Assembly: GCA_965222155.1 (NCBI GenBank)
Contig: CBDCTH010000012.1
Location: forward strand, 3,136,001 to 3,200,000
Source: Gammaproteobacteria bacterium
Lineage (GTDB): Bacteria; Pseudomonadota; Gammaproteobacteria; Eutrophobiales; Eutrophobiaceae
DNA: 64,000 nucleotides
Reading direction: 5' to 3'
Shown: positions 20,874 to 30,610 of the stretch, one piece after another
How positions within the stretch are numbered: the first letter of the stretch is position 1
How the letters are laid out: each line of letters starts with the position of its first letter
Position numbers and translations under genes: made by a program
The notes under the pieces: model-generated
Database searches by the model: none
Told to the model about the DNA's origin: nothing
What the model saw: the letters and a program-made list of their open reading frames with translations, nothing else

Positions 20874-21471
20874 GTGTTGAAATATCCCGTCCTTCGATGC
20901 GTGCTTTATTGATTGACTGCTGATATGAAGCGCGCGCCGATTCGATTTCTCCCTGCAAAACGCTTATATCGCCCATTAACTCATCATAACTGGATGCGTA
21001 CTCTGCTTTTTCCTGCCGGGTGATCAGGTTGCTTGCTTCATCCAGTTTATTCTGGCTGATGAGGATGCGGATCAGCCTCAAACTGATAACGTGAGAAAAT
21101 GATGCATCCTTGCTTTGCTTGAGGGCCTGGCGCAGGTGTGTCTCGGCAGTATCCAGGTCATCATCGGCTACAGCCAGATTGGCCAGCGCCAACAAAGCAA
21201 ATACTCCATATGTTGTGCCCTTATATTCTGCCAGTATTCTGGTGGCGAAATCCCGGGTTTTAGTTCCGTTCTCATTCTGCAATGCGACAACCATCTCGGA
21301 GTACAGGACGGATGCGGACTCCGCCTGTTCTATCTTCACGTCTTGCCAGTAACGCCAGCCGAAAATAGCTGATATACCCAGTGTAAGGCTAAGCACAACG
21401 GATAATCCGTTTTCGCGCCACCACTTTTTTATCTCTTCGATCTGTTGCGCTTCAGCTGTGTAAGCGTCCAA
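20839..21471 (-). CDS. yfgM: YfgM family TPR membrane chaperone
   Basis: QQIEEIKKWWRENG plus TM helix and GWRYWQ; TTG start inferred. Confidence 0.9.
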   Translation of the reverse strand: MDAYTAEAQQIEEIKKWWRENGLSVVLSLTLGISAIFGWRYWQDVKIEQAESASVLYSEMVVALQNENGTKTRDFATRILAEYKGTTYGVFALLALANLAVADDDLDTAETHLRQALKQSKDASFSHVISLRLIRILISQNKLDEASNLITRQEKAEYASSYDELMGDISVLQGEIESARASYQQSINKARIEGRDISTLERKLNNIGHP

Positions 21472-21538
21472 GAAATTCTCCAGTTTCCCGATAAGAACAC
21501 GATTATACAATGAAAGGAAAGGGGATTTCGAGAAGAAG

Positions 21539-21744
21539 TAGGGCAAACGCATACTTTTGAATTCAGATGTTTTTGCCCGATTCCGTCATTCTGGCGCAGG
21601 CCAGAATCCAGTGAATAACCCTTCATCACCCTGATCATGCGCTGTTGTTTGACTGGATGCTGGCATTCGCCAGCATGACGGGCGGTGTTTTCCGGTTGGT
21701 TTCCTGTCGTCTGCAACAGAATCCAAAAGTATGCGGTTGCCCTG
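21539..21744. mobile_element. 206-bp MITE (ISAs1-like ends), copy 2
   Basis: 7 substitutions vs copy 1; 10-bp TSD cgagaagaag at 21529-21538 and 21745-21754. Confidence 0.92.
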
Positions 21745-21756
21745 CGAGAAGAAGAA

Positions 21757-21780
21757 GGGGACAGATTTAAATCTGTCCCC
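21757..21780. repeat. Perfect 24-bp palindrome containing the hisS stop codon
   Basis: ggggacagatttaaatctgtcccc; same family as 2238-2262. Confidence 0.85.
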
Positions 21781-23053
21781 GGAATTTATCAAACAGCCTG
21801 GTTATTTCATGTACCAGATTGTCCTGAGAGATTTCATATTGTTCCTTATCCTCGCGCAACGGTTTAACCTGGACAGTATTTTTCTCCACCTCATCAACGC
21901 CCAGGATTAATGCGTAATCAGCTTGTGATTTATCCGCTTTCTTGAACTGGCTCTTGAAACTGCCGCCACCACAGTGCATCAGGAGACGCAGCGCCGGAAT
22001 TTTATCCCGTAGCCGCTCCGCTAGCATGAGGCCGTTTTTCAGCGCGGCGTCACCTACCATGATCTGGTAAATCCGGGGAAAATTTGTATTCAATTCCACA
22101 CTGCTGAACTCCGTTAACTCCAGGATACGCTCGATCCCCATGGCAAAGCCGACTGCCGGGGTGGGCTTCCCGCCGACCTGGGCGACCAGGTCATCATAAC
22201 GACCGCCTGCGCAGATGGTCCCCTGGGCGCCAAGCCTGTCGGTGATCCACTCAAACACGGTGCGGTTGTAATAATCCAGCCCGCGTACAAGCCGGGGATT
22301 TATTTCGTAATCCACCCCGTTTGCATCCAGCAAATCACCCAGAACGGCAAAATGCTCAGCAGATTCTTCATCGATAGAATCAAGCAGTGACGGTGCTGAC
22401 CCGATTAGGGCTTGCATAGCAGGATTTTTGCTATCGAGTATTCTCAGAGGGTTGGTTTCCAGTCGATTGATACTGTCCTCATCCAACTGATCCTTGTGAT
22501 CGGACAAGAAATCGACCAATAGATGACGATATTTTTGTCGTGCTGCGTAACTACCCAGAGAATTCAACTGCAAGCGCACATCCTTGATCCCCAGCACATT
22601 CCAGGTACGTGAGCATATTAATATGAGCTCCGCGTCAATTTCAGCGCTGTCTATGCCAAATGCCTCAGCGCCGACCTGATAGAATTGTCTTTGCCGTCCT
22701 TTTTGTGGTCTTTCACGGCGGAACATGGGTCCCTGGTACCAGACCCTTTGCGGCCCGGAATAAATTACTCCGTGCTGCAGCAAGGCGCGTACGCATCCTG
22801 CGGTTCCCTCCGGGCGCAGAGTCAGAAGTTCATCGTTGCGGTCCCGAAAGGTATACATTTCCTTATTCACAATATCCGTACCCGCGCCGATGCTGCGCGA
22901 AAACAACTCGGTTTTTTCAATAATGGGGAGACGAATTTCCTGGTAGCAATAAGATTGCAGGACGGACTGGATAGTTTGCTCAAGGAGGCGCCATTTAAGC
23001 GCATCACCAGGCAGCGTATCGTGCATCCCCCTGACGGCTTGCAGTTTCTCCAT
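21767..23053 (-). CDS. hisS: Histidine--tRNA ligase
   Basis: AVRGMHD, KEMYTF, LRPEGTA, RLVRGLDYY, GGRYD. Confidence 0.97.
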   Translation of the reverse strand: MEKLQAVRGMHDTLPGDALKWRLLEQTIQSVLQSYCYQEIRLPIIEKTELFSRSIGAGTDIVNKEMYTFRDRNDELLTLRPEGTAGCVRALLQHGVIYSGPQRVWYQGPMFRRERPQKGRQRQFYQVGAEAFGIDSAEIDAELILICSRTWNVLGIKDVRLQLNSLGSYAARQKYRHLLVDFLSDHKDQLDEDSINRLETNPLRILDSKNPAMQALIGSAPSLLDSIDEESAEHFAVLGDLLDANGVDYEINPRLVRGLDYYNRTVFEWITDRLGAQGTICAGGRYDDLVAQVGGKPTPAVGFAMGIERILELTEFSSVELNTNFPRIYQIMVGDAALKNGLMLAERLRDKIPALRLLMHCGGGSFKSQFKKADKSQADYALILGVDEVEKNTVQVKPLREDKEQYEISQDNLVHEITRLFDKFRGQI

Positions 23054-23990
23054 AAGAGGCGCTATTGATCCTCCCGAGCACGAACCGGGCCATACCAATT
23101 CTTGACCTGTAAGAGGTAGTGTCGAAGGGGATATTATTGAATTCAATAATGGCGCCGGCCGAATTACCCAGCAGGACAGAAAACGGGGCTGTACCGTTTA
23201 ATATCAGTGTCTGACCCGCACGGGCAAGGTCATAAAATATCTTCTTGTTGTCGGTATCGAATATTTCAACCCAGCAATCTTCCGAAACAACCACCTTGAT
23301 CGAATCAGGACCGATACCCGTGGTAATCATATTCTTATCATACGTGGAAGGAGCGACTTCAAATTCCTTGTCTGTGTCCGTAGTTTGTGCACCCTGCGTT
23401 TGTGCCGGCGCGGTTTGTGACTCCGTTGTTTGTTCCTGCGCTGCAGCTTGAACCTTATCCATTTGTTCCGTATTCGGCGCACGATAGAAAGGCGTATCAG
23501 GATGTTCCACAATCGTGATGGGGTAGGCTAGTCCCAAAGGAGCGTCAGCGCTGCCCGGAAATGTCCACCCAGGCGTTGCCGGACCCAGGGTGCGCTGGCC
23601 CCACCACCAGGTAAGCGGCAGCAGAATCGCAACAAATATGATAAGATACAGAAGCGTGTAAGGCCATTTATTTGACTGTTCCGGTTTCAACTCAGGTGCA
23701 ACTTCCCGCACAGGTTCCGGCTGCGCCGAGATATCAATATCTTCCTTAAACATCGACACAACCCGGTCAGCGGGCGTGTCCAGCAATTTTGCGTAATTCT
23801 GCAGGTAGCCGTAGACATAGGTACCGGTCGGCAGGTTTTCATGGTCGTCCTGTTCCAATGCCTCAATGATGTTTGGTTGCAGGTACAGCCGGGAAGAGAC
23901 CTCTGCTATGGTGAGGTTTTTTTCTTCACGCAGGCGTTTCAGGTGTGCGCCGACGGAAGTCCTGGCTTCGGTATTCTGCTTATCGTACAT
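23004..23990 (-). CDS. rodZ: Cytoskeleton protein RodZ
   Basis: N-terminal HTH (GYLQNYAKLL), one TM helix, C-terminal DCWVEI...LGN domain. Confidence 0.9.
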   Translation of the reverse strand: MYDKQNTEARTSVGAHLKRLREEKNLTIAEVSSRLYLQPNIIEALEQDDHENLPTGTYVYGYLQNYAKLLDTPADRVVSMFKEDIDISAQPEPVREVAPELKPEQSNKWPYTLLYLIIFVAILLPLTWWWGQRTLGPATPGWTFPGSADAPLGLAYPITIVEHPDTPFYRAPNTEQMDKVQAAAQEQTTESQTAPAQTQGAQTTDTDKEFEVAPSTYDKNMITTGIGPDSIKVVVSEDCWVEIFDTDNKKIFYDLARAGQTLILNGTAPFSVLLGNSAGAIIEFNNIPFDTTSYRSRIGMARFVLGRINSASYGETASRQGDARYAAW

Positions 23991-23993
23991 ATA

Positions 23994-25088
23994 TCAGGCT
24001 GACCCGGTTGCCATGCCCTGCGTGTGTCTGTGCCTGGCGCGCGGCGTTACGCGCCCGACCAGTTGACCGCAGGCTGCATCAATGTCGTCACCGCGGGTTT
24101 TTCGTGTAATGGTAATGATGCCGGACCCAGTCAGTATAGCGCGGAACCGGTCCGTGGTTTCCATGGAAGATCGGCTGAACTCAGTAGCAGGGAACGGGTT
24201 GAAAATGAGCAGGTTTACCTTGGCCGGGAAACCCTTCAATATTTTCGCCAGTTCCCGGGCGTCGTTCAGGGAGTCGTTTATCCCGTTTAGCAAGACGTAT
24301 TCAAATGTGATGAGTTCTCCGCCTGTGGCTTCACTGTAACGGCGGCAGGCGGATAACAGTTCGCGAATTGGATAAGTCCTGTTAATCGGCACCAATTTAT
24401 CCCTGAGTGCATCGTTGGCAGCATGTAATGATACCGCCAGGCTGATCTTGCTGCATTTTGACAGTTTGGTGATGCCGGGCGCAATACCGGCGGTACTCAG
24501 GGTGACGCGTTTATTTGCCAGACCAAACCCAAGGTCATCAGTTATCAATTCAACCGCGTTAACAACATTATCGAAATTGAGTAACGGTTCTCCCATTCCC
24601 ATAAGGACTATATTGCTGATGATACGCTTGCGGCTGGCGAAATAGCCCAGTTGTTTATTAGCCGTCCAAACCTGGCCGATGATTTCCGCCAGCGACAGGT
24701 TGCGACCGTAGCCTTGTTTGCCGGTTGAACAGAAGGCGCAGTTCAGAGCACAACCTGCCTGTGATGATATACACAATGTACCCCTGTTGGGTTCCGGTAT
24801 AAATACAGTTTCAATTGCGTTATCGGCGTCAACCTGCAGTAGCCATTTACGGGTACCGTCCACTGAAATTTTCTCACTGATAATAGCCGGGAGAGGTGAA
24901 CAAGTATTATTGGCCAGGTGATCACGCAAGGTTTTACTCAAGTTGGTCATGGATTCAAAGTCGGTCACCCCCTGGTGGTAGACCCATTTCATCACCTGTG
25001 ATGCGCGAAAAGGTTTTTCCGACATGTCGGTGAAATAATCACGCATGGCGGTTTGGTTCAGGTCGAACAGATTGACGCTCGGATTCAC
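23994..25088 (-). CDS. rlmN: Dual-specificity RNA methyltransferase RlmN
   Basis: CISSQAGCALNCAFC, MGMGEPL, DIDAACGQL. Confidence 0.97.
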   Translation of the reverse strand: MNPSVNLFDLNQTAMRDYFTDMSEKPFRASQVMKWVYHQGVTDFESMTNLSKTLRDHLANNTCSPLPAIISEKISVDGTRKWLLQVDADNAIETVFIPEPNRGTLCISSQAGCALNCAFCSTGKQGYGRNLSLAEIIGQVWTANKQLGYFASRKRIISNIVLMGMGEPLLNFDNVVNAVELITDDLGFGLANKRVTLSTAGIAPGITKLSKCSKISLAVSLHAANDALRDKLVPINRTYPIRELLSACRRYSEATGGELITFEYVLLNGINDSLNDARELAKILKGFPAKVNLLIFNPFPATEFSRSSMETTDRFRAILTGSGIITITRKTRGDDIDAACGQLVGRVTPRARHRHTQGMATGSA

Positions 25089-25094
25089 GCCGGG

Positions 25095-25535
25095 TCACCT
25101 GCTGCGCGGGCAAATTTCGTCTGCGCGGAAAAAAAAGCGGATTTCGCTCAGCGCCGTTTCCGAACCATCGGAGCCATGCACCGCGTTTTCACCCTGGTCA
25201 CCAGCGCGGTCACAGAAGTCCGCGCGAATGGTGCCGGGTTCGGCATTCCTGGGAAAGGTCGCTCCCATCAGTTCACGGTTCTTTGCAATAGCGCTGTCGC
25301 CTTCCAGTACCTGTACCATGATGGGTCCGGAAACCATGAAATCCACCAGTTCCCGGAAAAAAGGTCTTTCCTCGTGAACGGAATAAAATTCGGCTGCCTG
25401 TTGTTCGTTGAGATGCAGCATTTTTGCCGCAACTATTTTCAGCTTGGCGTCTTCAAAACGTTGGTATATGGCGCCTATCAGGTTCCCGGCTACGGCATCG
25501 GGTTTGATAATCGACAAAGTTTGTTCAATAGACAT
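25095..25535 (-). CDS. ndk: Nucleoside diphosphate kinase
   Basis: [25 protein letters not shown]. Confidence 0.97.
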   Translation of the reverse strand: MSIEQTLSIIKPDAVAGNLIGAIYQRFEDAKLKIVAAKMLHLNEQQAAEFYSVHEERPFFRELVDFMVSGPIMVQVLEGDSAIAKNRELMGATFPRNAEPGTIRADFCDRAGDQGENAVHGSDGSETALSEIRFFFRADEICPRSR

Positions 25536-25606
25536 TGTGTCTTTTATTTGTTGTATCGTTGTATCGGAAGATAAACCAGAATTTTTGTCCACGTCAACCG
25601 TGGATT

Positions 25607-25939
25607 CTAAAAATCCAGCAATACCTGAACCCTGCCATTTTCGATACGCGTGGGAAAAACAGTTACGGGTTCGTAAGCCGGCGGGCTGAGCGCCTCGCCG
25701 GTGCGAATGCAAAAACGCGCGCCGTGCCGGGGACAGGTAATTTCCCCTTCTTCAATCAAGTCTTCCGGATCGCAGGAACCGTCTAGCAGGGTTGCATTGT
25801 CATGGGTACAGAGGTTCTCCAAGGCATGATATTGCCCGTCAAGGTTGACCACGGCGATACCGACGTCTTCGACGTACAGGACCCGGGAATCCCCGCAAGG
25901 GAAGTCTCCGGCAGCAGCTACGTCTACCCAGTCCGACAT
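25607..25939 (-). CDS. Rieske-type ferredoxin
   Basis: CTH...CPRHGARF. Confidence 0.92.
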   Translation of the reverse strand: MSDWVDVAAAGDFPCGDSRVLYVEDVGIAVVNLDGQYHALENLCTHDNATLLDGSCDPEDLIEEGEITCPRHGARFCIRTGEALSPPAYEPVTVFPTRIENGRVQVLLDF

Positions 25940-25948
25940 GGTACCCTG

Positions 25949-26500
25949 TTACAACAGGCCGGTTTCAAGACGCGCCGCCTCAGTCATCATATCCGGACTC
26001 CAGGGCGGGTCGAAGGTCAGTTCAACGCTTACCTTGTCAACGTTCGGCACTATGGCAAGTTTACTCTGTACGTCGGCGGCCAGGAAATCCCCCATGCCGC
26101 AGGCCGGCGCCGTCAGGGTCATGAGGATATCCACCTGGTTTTCCGCTTCATCCGAGCGCGCTATCCGGCAATCGTAAACCAGTCCGAGTTCAACGATATT
26201 TATCGGGATTTCAGGGTCGTAACAGGTACGCATCTGATCCCACAGATGTTCTTCATTGACGGAGCCGTCTTCATTGGGTTCCAGATCCTGGTTGAGATAT
26301 TCAGACACATCAAAACCGAGGGCATCCGCGTCCTTCGGCCCCACCTGGGCAAGATTACCGTTGATGTTGACCGTGTAATTTCCCCCCAGCGCCTGGGTAA
26401 TAAACACGAGGCTGCCTTCAGGCAAGGTGATGGGCGTCCCGGTCGGGATGAGTATGGCGTCGCATTCACGCTCAACTGTAACAGGATCGTTGGTATACAT
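25949..26500 (-). CDS. sufT: Fe-S assembly protein SufT (DUF59)
   Basis: ITQALGG, YDPEIPINIVELGLVY, TLTAPACGMG. Confidence 0.92.
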   Translation of the reverse strand: MYTNDPVTVERECDAILIPTGTPITLPEGSLVFITQALGGNYTVNINGNLAQVGPKDADALGFDVSEYLNQDLEPNEDGSVNEEHLWDQMRTCYDPEIPINIVELGLVYDCRIARSDEAENQVDILMTLTAPACGMGDFLAADVQSKLAIVPNVDKVSVELTFDPPWSPDMMTEAARLETGLL

Positions 26501-26502
26501 GA

Positions 26503-26952
26503 TTATTCCGTAGACACCGGGGCATCGCCGCCGGCCATAAGCGCATGCAGGGTGTGCCAGCATAAGGTTGCGCATTTCACCCGGCTGGGGTAATCGCGTA
26601 CGCCGGCCAGGACCGCCAGCTTTCCCATGCGGTTTAAATCAGTCTCCGCGTCGGCGCCGGTCAGCAGTTCGTGAAAATCAGCGAAGACCGTCTCTGCCTC
26701 CTGTAAGGATTTCCCCTTGACGCCCTCCGTCATCAACGAAGCAGACGCAATGGAGATGGCGCAGCCGGAACCGCTGAATTTGATGTTGGATATCTGATCG
26801 CCATCCAAGTTTAAATACAGTGTCAGCCGGTCGCCGCACAGGGGATTGAATCCTTCCAGGGCCTTCTGGGGCGAGTCCAGTTCACCGAAATTCCTGGGGC
26901 TGCGATTGTGATCGACGATCACTTCCTGGTATAAATCTTTTAAGTCGAACAT
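26503..26952 (-). CDS. sufU: SUF system NifU-like protein
   Basis: NPLCGD, GCAISIASAS, RVKCATL. Confidence 0.93.
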   Translation of the reverse strand: MFDLKDLYQEVIVDHNRSPRNFGELDSPQKALEGFNPLCGDRLTLYLNLDGDQISNIKFSGSGCAISIASASLMTEGVKGKSLQEAETVFADFHELLTGADAETDLNRMGKLAVLAGVRDYPSRVKCATLCWHTLHALMAGGDAPVSTE

Positions 26953-26957
26953 CGTCG

Positions 26958-28223
26958 TTATTTGAATATATTTTGTGCCTTATCGATCCCTGTAATCAAT
27001 TTATCCACTTCTTCTGTCGTGTTGTAGAAAGCAAAAGAAGCCCTGGCCGTGGCGGGGATACCATAACGTTCCATGACCGGCATGGCGCAATGGTGACCTG
27101 TCCTGATGGCTATCCCGTCATGGTCCAGTATGGTACCCAGGTCATGGGGGTGTATGCCGTCAATAACAAACGATAAGATACTGGCCTTCTGTGCTGCCGT
27201 ACCGATCAGCCTCAACCCCGGGATTGTGCCGGCTGCGCTGGTGGCGTACTGCAACAACTCGTGTTCGTAATCGCTTATCCGGTCCAGACCGACCTTGCTG
27301 ACATAATCAACCGCCGCGCCCAGACCGATAACCCCGGCGATGTACGGCGTGCCTGCCTCAAACTTGTAAGGCAGGTCGTTGTATAAGGTCTTTTCAAATG
27401 TGACCATCTTGATCATATCGCCGCCGCCATGGTACGGAGGCATATCCTCCAACAGCGCCTGTTTCCCGTAGAGTACGCCGATCCCCGTGGGGCCGAACAG
27501 TTTATGGCCGGAAAAGGTGTAGAAGTCACAATCCAGAGCTGCCATGTCCAGCTTGGTATGGGGCGCCGCCTGGGCGCCGTCGATAACCACAACGGCGTTG
27601 ACCGCATGGGCCAGGGCAGTGATCTCGGCAATCGGATTGATGCTGCCCAGGGCATTGGAGATATGGGTGATTGCAACAATCCGGGTTTTATCGCCCAGCA
27701 GGTTTTTATAATCGTCCATACTCAATTCGCCGGCGTCATTGATCGGAATGACCTTGAGGACGGCGCCGGTCTGTTCGCACACTAGCTGCCAGGGGACGAT
27801 GTTGGAATGGTGTTCCATCGTGGAGACGATGATTTCATCTCCTGCGCGCAGTTTGCTCCTGCCATAGCTCTGCGCAACCAGGTTTATCCCCTCCGTCGTC
27901 CCGCGCACGAATATGATTTCCTTGAACGATTCGGCATTGATGAAATTTTGTATTTTCCTGCGCGCGTTCTCATAAGCGTCTGTCGCCAATTCGCTCAGGG
28001 TATGTACGCCGCGGTGAATATTGGAATTGTATTCGCGATAGTATTCGTCCAGCACCTCGATGACCTGGAGTGGTTTTTGTGACGTTGCAGCATTGTCCAG
28101 GTAGACCAGGGGCTTGTCGCGCACGGTCTGCCTCAGGATGGGAAAGTCCTGCCTGTACATTTCCACCGGGAAACCGGCAAAAGTCTCCGTAACTGCAGCT
28201 ATAGCCGTTGGGTCAACCCGCAT
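26958..28223 (-). CDS. sufS: Cysteine desulfurase SufS
   Basis: YLDNAATSQKP, SGHK, EAGTP, RTGHHCA; current ATG lies inside the MITE TIR. Confidence 0.96.
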   Translation of the reverse strand: MRVDPTAIAAVTETFAGFPVEMYRQDFPILRQTVRDKPLVYLDNAATSQKPLQVIEVLDEYYREYNSNIHRGVHTLSELATDAYENARRKIQNFINAESFKEIIFVRGTTEGINLVAQSYGRSKLRAGDEIIVSTMEHHSNIVPWQLVCEQTGAVLKVIPINDAGELSMDDYKNLLGDKTRIVAITHISNALGSINPIAEITALAHAVNAVVVIDGAQAAPHTKLDMAALDCDFYTFSGHKLFGPTGIGVLYGKQALLEDMPPYHGGGDMIKMVTFEKTLYNDLPYKFEAGTPYIAGVIGLGAAVDYVSKVGLDRISDYEHELLQYATSAAGTIPGLRLIGTAAQKASILSFVIDGIHPHDLGTILDHDGIAIRTGHHCAMPVMERYGIPATARASFAFYNTTEEVDKLITGIDKAQNIFK

Positions 28224-28531
28224 TTTTCACCAATTCGCTTGTTGTCAGTGGAAAGTTCGGTACTGCCAATAAGTTATCCGGGTATATATTACTTTGCGGC
28301 CATAACACACTGCGCTGGATGCGCCCTCGCTGGTCTTTTTCCCGCCAGCGGGCACGTGCTCCCTCAACCAGAGTCCCAGCTATGCTTTCGGTCGCAGGCA
28401 CCCGCTGGCGGGAAAAATCCTGTGCGTTCATTGCGCCCATCCATGGGCGCAACCCTACGGGCGGCTGTCGCCGTGCAAATCGTCTGTCCTGACGATTTGT
28501 CATCGCATCCATTGGTGAGAAATGCGGGTTA
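28214..28531. mobile_element. TA-flanked structured MITE, copy 1 (72-bp insert at 28428-28499)
   Basis: TIR acccgcatttttcaccaat / attggtgagaaatgcgggt; homologous to copies at 37395, 46782 and 51146. Confidence 0.88.
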
Positions 28532-28532
28532 A

Positions 28533-29858
28533 TCATTGTATGAACTCTTTAATCAGGTCGGTATCGAGCAACTCACCGGCAATGCTGTGTTCCAGCCGCT
28601 CCCGGATTTCGGGGAATTTGATATCACGGATTATTTCATCGGCAAACGCAAAGGTCAGCAGACTCCGGGCCGTGTCCTCATCCACAGCCCTGGAGCGCAG
28701 GTAGAACAACATGTTTTCATCAAGCCGACCCACTGTGGCGCCGTGACTGCACTTGACGTCATCCGCGTAAATCTCCAGTTCCGGTTTGGTATCGACCTCG
28801 GCGTTGCCGGAGAGCAGCAGGTTTGCATTGGACTGGTGGGCCTCGGTCTTCTGGGCCTGTTCATGTACGATAACCTTGCCGTTAAACACGGCGCGCGAGT
28901 GTCCGTTCATAATGCCCCGGTAGTGTTCGTTGCTGACCGTATGGGGTTGTTTGTGCTCTATCAGGGTGTGGTTGTCCACATGCTGGTGCTGATTGGTCAG
29001 GTATAACCCGTAGAGATTGACTTCAGCCCCCGGTTCATCCAGTTCTACGTGTATGTCGCAGCGCGCCAGTTTCCCGCCCAGGGACAGGCTGTGGCAGTCA
29101 ATCCTGCTGTCGGCCTGCTGTCTGATACGGGTATTGTCAATATGATAGGCGCGCTGGCTTTGCTGCTGGATTTTATAATAGTCCAGGCGGGCGCCGGGTT
29201 GCCCCAGTATGCTGGTGTGGCTGTTGGTGAAATACTCGGAGTCCGGGGTGCCCGCGTAGGTTTCAATAATGCTTGCACCGGCCTGCCTGCCCAGAACGAT
29301 CAGGTTGCGCGGGTGCGACATCAGCGCCTCACCTGCCTGGCTGCTCAGGTAAATGATGTGTATGGGCGCGGGGAGTTCCGTTTCATCGGCTACGTGGACC
29401 AGGACACCGTCATTGAGAAACGCCGTATTCAAGGCAGTGAACGCGTGGCCGATTTCCTCATGGGTGAAATAACGTTCCAGCAGGGCGGCATTCTCCGTCC
29501 TCGCCGACTGTAACGAGCGCGCCGTCACGCCGTGGGGCAGTTGTACGTTGCGCGACAACTCAGCGGAAACGTTTCCGTTGATGAACACCAGTTCGTGGCT
29601 ACCGAGACTGGAAAAACGCAGGCTGTCGACAAACGTTTCATCGACGTCCGTCGGCGCGGCTTTCCCCAGCGTAAAATTCCTCCTGGTAATAGGAGAGACA
29701 TCGGTGTATTTCCACTGTTCCGTTTTGCGCGTCGGAAAACCGTGGGTTTTCAGGTATTCCAGGGCCGATACGCGCCGTTGCGCCAACCACGGGGATGACA
29801 GGTTGTCCCGGAACTGGTCGTATTCTGCGAGATAGTGGCTGACGGCTGCCTCGGTCAT
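28533..29858 (-). CDS. sufD: Fe-S assembly protein SufD
   Basis: EQWKYT, FTALN, KPELEIYADDVKCSHGAT. Confidence 0.96.
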   Translation of the reverse strand: MTEAAVSHYLAEYDQFRDNLSSPWLAQRRVSALEYLKTHGFPTRKTEQWKYTDVSPITRRNFTLGKAAPTDVDETFVDSLRFSSLGSHELVFINGNVSAELSRNVQLPHGVTARSLQSARTENAALLERYFTHEEIGHAFTALNTAFLNDGVLVHVADETELPAPIHIIYLSSQAGEALMSHPRNLIVLGRQAGASIIETYAGTPDSEYFTNSHTSILGQPGARLDYYKIQQQSQRAYHIDNTRIRQQADSRIDCHSLSLGGKLARCDIHVELDEPGAEVNLYGLYLTNQHQHVDNHTLIEHKQPHTVSNEHYRGIMNGHSRAVFNGKVIVHEQAQKTEAHQSNANLLLSGNAEVDTKPELEIYADDVKCSHGATVGRLDENMLFYLRSRAVDEDTARSLLTFAFADEIIRDIKFPEIRERLEHSIAGELLDTDLIKEFIQ

Positions 29859-30610
29859 GCGGCTTTGGCCTCCTGCCTGACCCAGTCGTAACCTTTTTCC
29901 TCAAGTTCGATTGCCAGTTCGCGAGTGCCGGACCTGATAATTTTTCCGTCTGACAAGACATGTACGTAATCCGGAACGATGTAGTTCAGCAATCTTTGGT
30001 AATGGGTTATCAGGACGATGGCGCGGGACTCATTGCGCAAGGTATTGACGCCTTCGGCAACGGTTTTCAGGGCATCGATATCGAGGCCGGAATCCGTTTC
30101 ATCCAGGATGGCCAGGCGCGGTTCCAGCACCGCCATCTGAAAGATCTCGTTGCGTTTTTTCTCGCCGCCGGAGAAGCCTTCATTCACGGAACGATTGAGC
30201 AGGCTCTCATCCATTTTCACCAGGTTCATTTTTTCACGCACTACCTGTAGAAATTCGACTGCATCGAGAGGCCCTTTGCCCTGGTGAACGCGGATCGCGT
30301 TCAGTGCGGCCTTGAGCAGGTAGATGTTGTTCACGCCGGGGATTTCCACCGGGTACTGGAAAGCCAGGAAAACACCTTCCCTGGCGCGTTCCTCCGGGGG
30401 CAGTTTGAACAGGTTTCGGCCGGCGTATTCGATGGCGCCGGATGTCACCTCGTAGCCGTCCCGTCCGGCCAGCACGTTTGCCAGGGTACTTTTGCCTGAG
30501 CCGTTAGGCCCCATAATGGCATGTACCTCGCCAGCATTCACCGTCAGGTTCAACCCTTTCAGTATCTGTTTGTTCTCAACCCTGACTTTTAAATCACTTA
30601 CCTTTAACAT
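29855..30610 (-). CDS. sufC: Fe-S assembly ATPase SufC
   Basis: GPNGSGKS, FSGGEKKRNE, LDETDSGLDID. Confidence 0.97.
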   Translation of the reverse strand: MLKVSDLKVRVENKQILKGLNLTVNAGEVHAIMGPNGSGKSTLANVLAGRDGYEVTSGAIEYAGRNLFKLPPEERAREGVFLAFQYPVEIPGVNNIYLLKAALNAIRVHQGKGPLDAVEFLQVVREKMNLVKMDESLLNRSVNEGFSGGEKKRNEIFQMAVLEPRLAILDETDSGLDIDALKTVAEGVNTLRNESRAIVLITHYQRLLNYIVPDYVHVLSDGKIIRSGTRELAIELEEKGYDWVRQEAKAA

